From: Takakia lepidozioides
Lineage: Eukaryota; Plantae; Bryophyta
Assembly (NCBI GenBank): GCA_030704615.1
Contig: CM060732.1
Span: 9,610,001-9,674,000, forward strand
Reading direction: 5' to 3'
DNA length: 64,000 nt
In this document: positions 47,751 through 59,702 of the stretch, piece after piece
How the letters are laid out: each line of letters begins with the position of its first letter
How positions within the stretch are numbered: the stretch's first letter is position 1
Made by a program: the position numbers and the translations under genes
Notes under the pieces: model-generated
Databases searched by the model: none
What the model saw: the letters and a program-made list of their open reading frames with translations, nothing else
Told to the model about the DNA's origin: nothing

Positions 47751-48250
47751 NNNNNNNNNNNNNNNNNNNNNNNNNNNNNNNNNNNNNNNNNNNNNNNNNN
47801 NNNNNNNNNNNNNNNNNNNNNNNNNNNNNNNNNNNNNNNNNNNNNNNNNNNNNNNNNNNNNNNNNNNNNNNNNNNNNNNNNNNNNNNNNNNNNNNNNNNN
47901 NNNNNNNNNNNNNNNNNNNNNNNNNNNNNNNNNNNNNNNNNNNNNNNNNNNNNNNNNNNNNNNNNNNNNNNNNNNNNNNNNNNNNNNNNNNNNNNNNNNN
48001 NNNNNNNNNNNNNNNNNNNNNNNNNNNNNNNNNNNNNNNNNNNNNNNNNNNNNNNNNNNNNNNNNNNNNNNNNNNNNNNNNNNNNNNNNNNNNNNNNNNN
48101 NNNNNNNNNNNNNNNNNNNNNNNNNNNNNNNNNNNNNNNNNNNNNNNNNNNNNNNNNNNNNNNNNNNNNNNNNNNNNNNNNNNNNNNNNNNNNNNNNNNN
48201 NNNNNNNNNNNNNNNNNNNNNNNNNNNNNNNNNNNNNNNNNNNNNNNNNN
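47751..48250. other. Assembly gap
   Basis: 500 N. Confidence 1.
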
Positions 48251-51170
48251 CATGATATTCGAAGTATCTATGTGTAGAGTGAATGTGAGATGGAGAGAAT
48301 GTGCATTATGAGAGAACGTGAGATGGTGAGAATGTGTATCATCTCAGAATAGTTATTGTTTTATCTCGACTACCATCTGCTTGTATGAACAAAGAGGCTT
48401 CAGTCTTTTCGACTAAGATCTTTTATGCTATAGAGACTGTAGATTGGGCTTAATATAGGATTAAGCAGCCTGAAGGGATATGGCTTCATACGACGTTCAT
48501 GGTTTAGCTATCCTTAAAACGATTACTTCGTAATCGTTTCTAGAAGCATACCGTCGGACAACCTCTGTTGCATGTCTTAGGAAATGGGCAGTAGTGTTGA
48601 TAGCCTGTTTTGTCTAAGTCATAAACCAGCGGTTAACATTTGGCGACCATACTGGGGACTAACGGTATGTTGAGTTCAAAAGTACTCAAAGAAGGATGGT
48701 TACTCAGTGATTTCTTGAAATCACGACAGAACGAGTCAACAGAAGCAAAAGAATGGAAAACATTCCTGGGAAAATTTCATGGTTTACCAAGAGCAATACA
48801 ACAAAAAATCTTTCTTTCAGTCGCGAAAGAAGATGACAAATGGAGATTGAAGGGAGGAGTGATCAGTATTATACGAGCACCTTGGGAATGTAGGATTAGA
48901 AGTGAAGAGTGGTTGTCTCGTCTAGCTCTATTGATTACTCTAATACCAATAAGAAAAGTTTGTTACACTAGTTATATTTTCAGAGAATGATGTTCAAATT
49001 ATGAATATTGTCACACGATCATAGTAGAGTACTGGATACCCAAAGACTTATTGCAAGTCAGATACACTGAAAAAGACAGATGGTATTATTGTGCCCATTA
49101 AAAGTTTGGTGATCAATCAGTAAAAAGGAAAATTAAGTCGTAATACGGATTCTTGCAAGATAGGATAAATCTTGAAGAAAGGGTAGAGACACTATAAATT
49201 TTCTTTACTGACATACCAAGACTGTTTAAAGGGTACCGAAAAGGAATTCTACATATGATGTGGGAATGAATGAGGAAATTAAAGAAAAAGCTAAACAAGA
49301 CAGAGCTGAACGAATAGAGAAATATGCTGCAGAAAGGGAGGCTCGGTTAAGAGAAGAATTTCCAGAATTACAGAACTTGAAAATTATTCAAGGTGAGACA
49401 TCAAACAGTGATAAACCAGAAGATCAGGAAATCGGATCGGTGGGAAGTGGGAACACTACACCAGAAGAAGTTGCCAGTAATGTACTTGGTGAATGGTTAC
49501 CACAAGAAAGATCTGAAGGACCTTCTACAGTAACAAGCCCAAATCGAGGTTTTGCTGAAATATTAGAAGAAAGATTTGAGAACATTTTGAGTGAAGAAGG
49601 TGAAAGAAGTGAAAGCACTTCTCCAGAAAGGATAACCAGAACTGCACTCAAAGCTTTTAAAGATTCATTAAGCTTAGTAGGGACAGCAGCTGGAAGACGA
49701 CTATCATTGAGACAAGGACCTCCTAGCTTTGAATCACTGTTTGGAAGACAAACACCAACACCACCACAGCCAGCAGCAGCAGGACCAGTTGCACCAGCAG
49801 CACTAGTTGCACCAGTTGCACCGATGGCTTTAGCAGCAAGCAAAACCAGACCACCATTTCCTTTATATGATGGGAAATCTGATCCAGATATCCATCTTAA
49901 TCAATTTGAAAACATGTGCACCATTTACAATGAAGCAACAGACCAAGAGAAGATCCGACTATTTCCTTGTTCAATGGCCCGGAAAGGCATTGAATGGTTG
50001 GCAACTTTCCCAGCCAATCACTTTGCGAATTGGGCGGATATGAGAGCCGCGTTTCAAGAAAGATATAGATCCAACAAATCCACGTCTGAAATCTTCACAG
50101 GATTACAGAACCTAAGACAGAAAAAGAAAGAATTGGTAGTCGACTACCTAGAGAGGATGAAGACTCTGATCAGGAAACTACCTCAAGCACCAGGGGATGA
50201 TTTGCAAAAATCATGGTTCATCAATGGACTTCGTCCTGAATACGTAACCATGGTTACAGTCATGCCTAACAACACTTTGGCTGAAGCAGTAGAGACTGCA
50301 AAGAAGTTGGAATTGGGATTCCATCAGAGCAGAAGCAAAGATTCCAAGGATCTCTTGGAGGAAGAAGACTCTGATGATGAAGAAAAACCCAAGCAAAAGA
50401 AGAAAGAAGTGATTGACAAAACCACTTTGATCAGAAGATAGCAGAGGCTATCAAGAATTTTAAAGATGAAGGGCCACGAAAGGCAACATGGTGTCACAAA
50501 TGCGGGACTGCAACGGAATGCCATATGAAGGACAAATACTGTGATATTTGTCAGATGAACAATCATAATACCAGCCATTGTATTTACAACCAACGGGCCA
50601 AGAAGACTGGGTACACACGAGAGGTGGGGGTACACCAAGTCCAAATCCGACGGGGAGGATCGGACGAACCAAGACGATACAATATGGGTAATCGTTATCA
50701 GAGGCCACGAAATGAATATCCACCAAGGGATAGGGAACATCAACCCAGAAACAAAGAAAGCACGAGATGCCACTATTGCAAGAAAGAGGGACACTGGAAA
50801 CATGATTGCCAGTTGCGAATCAAGCATGAGGCAGAAGTGGGAAATATGGAAGCCGGACCAAGTGTAGCCGTAAGTGTGGTAACCCCTATAGTGGATACCC
50901 TTGCGGTAACCCGAACTCAGGCCAAGCAACAGAAACCTCCAGATAAGGAGATTGAAGAAGAACGGAAACAATATCCAGAAAGTGCAGCATGGCAAGAGGA
51001 AAAGAGCTTACACCAGGAAGTAAGTCATAGCTGAAATGCAAGAGGAACCCATATACCTTATGGAGAGCCAACTCTAGATAAGCAAATCAGACCAACGGTG
51101 AAGACCATGAATACAACCACGGAAACAGAATTGGCTGAAGTAATCTGCCAGACCAAGACCCAAATTACCA
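48251..51170 (+). mobile_element. Family-2 (sister) Ty3/gypsy fragment: LTR end, PBS, ORF1 homolog, gag
   Basis: LTR ends ..TTAACA at 48638; PBS at 48641-48658. gag from 49266 has PPFPLYDGKSDPDIHLNQFE, FINGLRPE and knuckles CDICQMNNHNTSHC and CHYCKKEGHWKHDC. Truncated at ~51170. Confidence 0.9.
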
Positions 51171-54100
51171 TACGACGCCGCCTCTTGCGCTCAATTTCCC
51201 TCCATTTTCTTGATCCTTTCTCTGGTTTTCTATTGGCTGTATCCGCTGTGACTGGATTTTAGATTTTATTTTCTTTAGTGGACTTTCCCTGCTGGATAGT
51301 CCACTAGGATCACACATGTGACAAGAATTTCGCTTTTCTGTACTTGCCGTTCGTTCCGTTTCCCTTTTTCCGTATTCATTAATGGGCCCGCCTTTCATCC
51401 CTTTTGACGGCCGTTCTTGTCCTCTTTCTTTTTGACACCTGTTCTTGCACTTCCTTCTCGGCTGTGTGTCGCGCCCTGACCTCCACGTGTCTATTTTTAA
51501 AGTAATTTCCGTTTTCTCTTCCGTCAGCCATTTTCCTGAAGTTATTATGCGTCCACCTGTCACTGATTCTATGGATTGTGTAACTTTAGTAGGCTGTGTT
51601 GAGCTGTGACAGGCTGTGTCATACTGTGTTACGCTGTGATAGGCTGTGATGCACTGTGGTAAGCTGTGATAGGCTGTGACACGCTGTGGTAGGTTGTGAT
51701 AGGCTGTGTTGCGCCGTGCTGGGCTGTGATAGGCTGTGTCACGTTGTGATGGGCTGTGATAGGCTGTGTCACGTCGTGATGGGCTGTGATAGGCTGTGCT
51801 TTGCCTTGATGGGCTGTGATAGGCTGTGTCACGTTTGTTTTGCCCGCCCTGGTCATATATGCTGGGCCTAGCGACAAGTGCTCCATACTCCGTTCGTAAC
51901 ACTGGTGCAGCCTGTGACTGCTCTTGCGGTTCAACATGCAAATCATGCTGCAAGGGTTTGTCATGGATACCAGTGTAACGGGCGTCTCGATGGGACAGAC
52001 CATCAATGCTATAGCTTGGAAACTATGGAGGAACTAACAGACTATACGCTCGCAATATTACTTACGCAGTGGCATAGATACGAAATGACAGAGCGGAGCT
52101 TTTCTCTTGAGCGATGCTTGCAAGCCCCGCAGGCTTACAAGAAATTACCCATAGCTTTCTGCGGCAACCCTTATTGGCATTGACTCTTCCCAGCATTTCT
52201 TTGTTAATGGTTTGTAACATGACGGTGTTGTTATCATACATCTTTTGTATGACATAAGGTCCTTTCCATGGTGATTTAAGCTTAGAAGCTTGAATCTTTC
52301 CTTTCTTCTGCAACCATAGAACCAAATCCCCCGTCTTAAAAGTCTTTAACTTGCCTTCATCAAACTGTTCCTTTCGCTTCATCTGAATTCTAGTCATATT
52401 ATCAGCTGCATCAGCACGTACTTCTTCCACATGGTATAATTCATGTTTCCTGACCTTGATGGAGTCTTGCAATTCCATTCTTTTTCCCCACTCCGTTCTC
52501 ATGGTAGGTAACAGGAATTCCACTGGAAGTAAGGCTTCCATACCATAAACTAATTGGAATGGTGTATACTTAGTGGTGACTTTATATGAAGTCCTGTATG
52601 ACCACAAAGCTGTCAGCAGCTTTGTATCCCAATCCGTTCTGTTTGCATTGACTATCTTAGCCAAGATAGTACATAGTATTTTGTTGGTAGCCTCTGCCTG
52701 CCCATTACCCTGTGGGTAATATGTTGTACTCTTTCTATGCACAATCATAAACTCTTCCCTCACCTGCTCATCAGCTGTGATTGTCCAACCAGTCACCACT
52801 TCATCCTGTAAGCTCACAGTGGCTGGTTCTTCTAGGATTTCTATTTCTCCTTCTCTTTCTTCATAGAAATGTGATGGGTAAATGCTGGTTTCTTCTTCAG
52901 TTGGTGTTGCTGTCACTACACCATAGCAGATACCTTTCAAACAACTTAGGCTTTCCAGCCGCATCTCTGCAACCTGCTCCCACTCTGGGTGTGCAGCAAA
53001 TAGGGTAGCTTCCTGCTCCTCATCCAATCCTCCTTTCCAGTCATACTCTCTGACTCCTCGAGGTCTTCTTGTAGCAGGTAATCTACTAGATTTCTTTGTG
53101 GTAATTTGTATCTCGTGTATCCCATTATGCACGGTTAGTAACTGAGAATTCCAGTCATGGAATACCCTAGCCTGTTTCAGCCACGGACGTCCCAATAATA
53201 AGGAGTAAGCCTCATGACTTCATCCATTTTCAACACAGTTACTGTGATCATAAAGATCATCTTCTGTATCTGTATCTTAACTCCTCTTATTAATCCCAAT
53301 GGCTGTACACTTCTTTGATCTGCCATTGTTACTGTAAATGGGGCTGGTTTCATGTTAGTTAGACCAAGCTTCTTCCTTAATTGGTCTGTCATGATATTTA
53401 CTCCAGAACCACCATCTATCAGTACATCAGTTAGTTCTGTGCTTCCAATTCTCAATTGGATTACTGGCATAGAATCATCAAAGTCCATGATGTTTCTCTC
53501 GCCCTTCCGGCTTCACATTATAACTGGTCACCTTGCTGTTCAGGTCTGTGTTTCCTGTCTCTTGGGCAATTCGATTGATTGCTTGATACAGCCTGTGTCT
53601 ACAATAAGGTGCCACAGCTAATAGCTGTCCATGGTAATTTCTGCTTTGGTCTGGCATATTACTTCAGTCAAAGTCTCTTCATTACTTTGCATGTCTGCAT
53701 CCTTTTTCTTCCTTTCTTCCTCACTCCCTTCTTTTTCTCCATCCGAATCAGAGGAATCTGCCCAAGAATATCAGTACTCTTTTGCATTTCCCTTATAGTA
53801 TCTGCCACTTCCTTGTGCAATTCCTTCTCATCTTTCCAAGTCTCTCATCTTCAGGCATATCATTGCCACTTCCATTATCATCTTCTTTCCTCTTCTACTG
53901 GAGGTATTAGTTTGGCTTTACTTCTTCTCTTACTATCATTGTACTTACTTCTGGTACAACACATGGCCTAACCATGTGAGCTGCCACCACTGGGCCCTCA
54001 TTCACAGGAGCTCTCATCTCATTCTGGTGTCTTATCCAGAATGAACAGGCTTGCCTTGCGATGTCCTGGCTGATTTCAATAGTAACATAGCTCTTCACCA

Positions 54101-57100
54101 TTGGGTCCTTCGCCCTTGTCTGTTCTGGATTATTTCTATAATCTGATTCCCGGGCTGGTAATTCCCCTTGGATTACCCTGATAGTTGCCTCTGGAATTTC
54201 CTTGGTAATTCCCTCTTGAATTACCTCTCCCTTCCATGCCATTGTTATAACCACCAGACCTACCATAGTGGTCCTGATCATTGTTTCTTCTTGGCTGGGG
54301 CTGCACCTAATGCACCCTTACTTGCCTAGGTTCTCTTACAGCTGTCCTTCCTGTTGTAAGTAACAATTCTCAGTTAGAATGGTTATCCATTTTACAGATA
54401 GTACAGTGTTTCTCCTTCATGTGGCATTCTGTGGTGGTATGGCCTTCATTCTGGCACTTTGCACACCATACACCCTTCCTCCAATGTGTTGCAAGCCTCT
54501 GTGGCATACTTCTTCAAGATTTCTTCCAATTTTTTTTCATAGTTATCCCTCTTCAACTTCTCCTTTCTCTTACTCTTTCTTTTTAGTTCTTCTTGCTTCT
54601 TCATCTGACTCATCCTCAGAGTCCTCATCTTCCTTTTTCTCTCTCCTGAGCATTCCAATTGCTCAATTTTGTTTGCAGTTTCAAATGCCTGCCTCCACTG
54701 TATTATGGGGTAACATATCACTTTCTTTTGCAACTCTGGTCTTAGTCCACTCACAAACCAAGTCTCTGTAAACCGGGCGCTGGTACTGCAGCCAGCTTTT
54801 CCATCATCAATTCCATCTTCTCCATATACTCTTCACAGTTTCATGCTTCTTCTACTTCAGCTGTTGTAAACTTCCATACACTTCATCCTCAGTTTTACTT
54901 GTCCTGAAACCTATTTCGAAATGGTTGTATTCAAGCCATTCAGGGTTAGAAATGAATTATCAGGAATCTGCTACCATTCACTTGCTTTCTTGATAAGTGA
55001 ACAAGGAAACATCTCATCTGGCATCATCGCCTTGCTTTCTTGATAAGTGACCATGAAACAGTCTCATCCTTTGGCATCATCGCCATTCTCATTGTTCACT
55101 AATACACATTGCTCAAATTGGCTAATGTGTACATCGGATCCCCCTTTCCTGATATATTGGAAAAGGTGGTTTTTCCCTGTTTGGTGTAACCCCATCTGTG
55201 GCCCGAACCTTCTGCCCACTGACAGGTGCTGGCACCCTTGCTGGTGCTGTCCTTCTGGACCTTCGTTTTTTGTGGTGGATCTTCCAACCAGTGGTGGCCA
55301 ACTGAGCAATCCCGCTGCTTCTAGCCCCCTATATTCACAGTTTCACATTCCACAGCTCAGTTGCACTCCTTCCACACTCCCCCCTGTTATTTGGTTTTTT
55401 TGCCCGTGTTTTGTAAACACCTTTGTCCCTTCCTCCCTGACTGTTTTGTGTCGTTTTTTCTTCCCTGTGTTCTCCCTGCTTCTAGCCCCACTATATTCAC
55501 AGTCTCCCTGCTTCTAGCCCCACTATATTCACAGTATTCCCAGCTTTCAGTTGCACTACTTCCCACACGTCCCATTCCCCCCGAGCCAGATCCATGCCCG
55601 CCCGCCTATCCCCCTGGTTCGCCTGGCGGATGTTCCGGCAGGGGTTTTCGTTGGCTTGTGATCAGAGTGCTCCACTTGATCCAGGTCCAACGGGTTGGGA
55701 TGTCCTGGTTTGTAGTCTCACCTCAGCTGTTTGGGTCTACTTCTTCATATTCTTCCTCTTCAATTTCTTCTCTCTGTTTTCATCCTCCAATTCTGCCCTT
55801 GGGTTTCTTGGTCACTCATGTAACCAATCACTGTAATGGGGTTGGAGAGTCTGAACTCTCCGTTGGCTCTGCCAATCCTCTTCTCCTTCTTCATCACCTT
55901 CTACTTCAGAAAACTGGAGTTCCGCTGCTTTTGGTGTTCCATGCCAACTCTTAACAAAGATTTCCTGTCAAGTCTTTTATCCAAGGATTGTACCTCAGAT
56001 CTTTCATTCACCCACTCGTGATTGATCTTCTTCCTGACCACATTCCCTTAATCCTTCTTTGCCAAAGAAACAGAATGAGTGGATCCAACTCTAGTTCTTC
56101 TTCCGGTATAGGTGATGTACTCTTTGATCTTAATGGTGTGCGAGGTCCAGATGATTCCCCCTATGTCTATTCCTCTCTCCCAAAGAGTGGATAATTAGCT
56201 TTCAGATAGCTTTCTCTTTTTGCTGAATATCTATGGCGTCTGTCTTTCTCTTTCATCACCTCATGTCCCATGTCTTTCATTTCTTTTAATGTGGCAATAA
56301 CCAAAACTCTCTTCTGTAATATCTCTCGTATAGTGCCCTCTGGTTTCTTTCAAGCTTCAATGCACCCTTGGCTATACTTGAAGTCTTCCGTTACCCTATA
56401 ACCATATGGCAAACGTCTGAAAGTTGTTTCTTGGGTGTGAGTTTGATCCACAAATATCCCTTTGGAATCCAATTTCTTTACCAATACAAGCTCTTCATGC
56501 ATATGGTATAAACATTCACCTTTCTTTCCTTCCCAGCCTTCAAACTCTACTCGCTTAAATGGATAGCAATGCTACACATAAACCATGTGGTAACCAACGT
56601 GCTTTCCTCTACAGGCTACCTGATAAATCTTTTATCACTCCTTTCTCCAACCCCATTCCCGGATCAGCATCATGCACTCGCTTAGAATATTTTCTTTACA
56701 ACCGTCTGGCAATTCCAAGAACCTTTGAAAGAATTGTTTTTGGACAATCTTCTTCCTTCGATTCCCCAGGGAATTTGATTCACTTCAAATTCTTTAATGG
56801 TCCATCCACCATGATCCCACCAGATGCCTGTCACATCTGGTTGTTCATGTCTCAGGTCCCCAGTATGGTCGCCAAATGCATCACCGGCTTTTCCTCACCC
56901 ATCCCTTCGCTATTCGAGGCGGCAACTCCAAGATAGAAGAGTTGGAAATCTCTAAGTACTCAGCCCGCGGCAGAACAATCAGTCATGACCTACAGCTAGT
57001 GTATCATGGGGTTGCCTATTTGTTCCCTTTTTGGCATTCATGTTAGCTAGCTTACCATTGTAATTAAGTATCAATTTGCTTTAATCAATCTATGGATTCC

Positions 57101-57914
57101 ATCAACCACTCATCCATTCATATCCCCAGCTTCACTCAGATCTCTCTACACAGTGTGTTGTATCGTAAAAGTATCCGATTATGATTTATCAGGTATCAGG
57201 CCGAATCCATTGTGGTCTCTAATCTGCTCTACCAATCATTACAAACAACAAAACAACACCTTGCATATATCAAGCATCTTCTATCTCATCTCTCTCTATC
57301 TTACGTCCGTTCTCATCTCTGCCCGATCCCCTCTCCTCCCTGACCAAGAAGTCCTCCACCCAAATGATATCCCCTCCAAATTCCCCGCTTCTCCTTTATC
57401 TTCCTATCCTACCCGTGTTCTTCTAACCTTTCCCTCACTAACCGTCGTCTGTGAACTAACATGTTCCCTTCGCAAGTGTTGTTCCCCACAGTCGTTCCCT
57501 GTCCTGCTCTCCGTTCCCTATGATCGTGATAGCTGTGTCAAGCTGTGACTGGCTGTGTGAAACTGTGACGGGCTGTCTGGCTGTGCGACTGTGTTTGCTA
57601 TGTCGGGCTGTGACTGGCTGTGTGGTCGTGTGTCGGCTGTGTCGGGCTGTGTCGGCTGTGATGGATGTGTCGTTGTGAATGACTGTGACGGCCTGTGTCG
57701 GCTGTGATGACTGTAACTGGGCTGTGTTGGCTGTGTCGGCTGTGACGGGCTGTGTGGCTGTGTTGGCTGTGACTACTGTGACGGCTGTTAAACCCCCCTC
57801 TACAGTGCGCTGCTGTCACCCCTAAGGCTCCTGGTTGGTCTCAGTCTGTGCAAAAATTAAGGGTAACCCTACAGATCCCGTATAAGTGTCTAAGTCCCCG
57901 ACAGTCCTCTAACA
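51171..57914 (-). mobile_element. Family-1 copy 3, deleted and rearranged
   Basis: LTR 56877-57914, PBS 56857-56874, ORF1, gag, PR. RT, RH and most of INT are deleted at ~52755 (ADEQVRE fused to EFMIVHRK). INT C-terminus and 30-bp repeat remain. Many small indels. Confidence 0.92.
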
Positions 57915-58345
57915 ATGTCAAGCAGGCCGATCTGTATCCTGCCGTAGGGCCTTGTGCAGCTCGTTGAAACATCAGTGTTGGAGCATGGATGAAGACGTCA
58001 CTGCGGATATGCAACTCATGCGCTTCAGAAATGTAATAAAGGTGTTTGCAAGGGGACGTATGCTGCATTCTTTGATTCCATAACAAGGAAGTCCTCACAG
58101 TTGCAAGCTGGGTACTGAGAAACCGTGCATTGCATACCTACATTGCGCGCAGCAGACCCAGCTGTTTGACACTTAAATATGCGCCCCATCCCGGGGTGAG
58201 GAACATCCCCCTGCAACCTTGCACTAGATGCAGGGCATTGCAAGAGCATTGGCCATCCTGGTGTCGTTTGCCTTTGTTGGTGGCCTCCGTCTTTTTCAGT
58301 TTCACCCCACTGATGGGTGGGCCAAGCTGCGGGGTCACCCACCGT
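57915..58345 (-). pseudogene. MULE transposase C-terminal SWIM fragment
   Basis: VPHPGMGRIF..TVSQYPACNCEDF..YVP/CKHLYYI..FIHAPT, homologous to 59703-60191. Confidence 0.75.
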
Positions 58346-59160
58346 ATGCGGGGCGAAGAGATAGGTAATAGTGCCTCTCTCTATACACCATTGAAAGGGT
58401 GTATGCTTTGTGGTCACCTTGTATGAGGTCCTGAATGCCATAGTGTTGCGTTCAATTTGGTGTCCCAATCTGTACGATTGGCAATTTAACTATCTTGGTT
58501 AAGATAGTGCATAATATTTTTGTTGGTAGATTTGGGCCTGACCGTTTCCTTGCGATAGTAAGCAGTACTCTGTGATGTTAATCATGAACTCCGCCGTCAA
58601 GCATTTTATGGTATCATTTATGAAATGTGATCCCTGATCACTAACGAATTCCCGTGGACAACCAAATCATGTGATGATGTTTTCATATAAGAATTTGGCT
58701 GTTGATCTTGCAGTGTTGTCTCTTAGTGCCTTGCCTCTACCCATTGGTAGTGTAGTCAGTGGCTGTTAGGATGTATTGTTTTTGTGTGTACCCTTGCTGG
58801 AGGTTAATGGGTCCCCCACGAGTCTAAGCCCCCAGCGCTGACATGGTTCTGTTGGTAGTATTGGGTGTAGATTCCCTTCCCCGTTCGTTCTAGTCTCTGT
58901 CCCATTCCTCTGGCAGACATCCACTGTTACAGTGTACATAAGTATCTCCAAATAGGTAGGCCACCAGTAGCCTGCTAGTAATATTTGTCTTTGTGTGTCA
59001 GGTCCGAACTGAAGTGTCCACCTGCATTCCTTCATGTAGTTTTCTCTCCTTATTGTTTTTGGCTTGGGGCTTTGTTTACACATCTTCTCATTATGGAGTC
59101 ATTCCTCTTTTGTACAAGTCCCCTTTGATTAATGTGTATGGCTTGCTTTTCATTAAAGTT
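58346..59160 (-). pseudogene. Degenerate Ty3/gypsy integrase fragment
   Basis: ILLAGYWWPT, LHPILPTEP..WGL, RDNTARSTAKFLYEN, SDQGSHF, RTSYKVTTKHTPFQ. Confidence 0.85.
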
Positions 59161-59702
59161 TCCTCCCAACGACGCAATGGCGTGAGCGTTGCACGTGAGC
59201 GCAGCGAGCGTACGCTCAACGCAGGAGTGACGTGGCGTGAGCCTGCACACACGCTGACATGGCGTGAGCGTCATGTCAGCAGCTATGTGACGGTAAATGA
59301 TGACGTGGCACTGTCCGTCAACTTCCACGTCGCATTACATGCGCCGCCTATAAAACCGTGGAATGGTCCTATGACCCGTGAATTAATGCAGGGAATCTTG
59401 CCTAAAGAATCAAGACGAGCGTTGAGGCCTACAATTGCAGCATCCACATTGTGCATTACAATGCTTGTTTCACACTTTTACAATACAAGACGACAAATAT
59501 CCTCACAAGTGTGCGCCATAAAGGCTGCCCACGAGAAGACTTCTCCCTCCTCAATAACAATGAGAGTTTGATCATCTTCAAAAGATGATTGTAGTGCATA
59601 GCGACAGCAAGACATGTAGACTTTGAACGGTGCAATGACAAATGTGCACTACCTAAAAGTTGTCATTCAGACCTCACTCCACTCCGTATATTGGAGGCCA
59701 TA

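Noticed and set aside
2445-57914. Pairing LTR 2445 with LTR 35655 or 57914 as one element
   Set aside because: LTR 2445 is in the opposite orientation, and each of these LTRs has its own PBS, so all three are 5' LTRs of separate copies.
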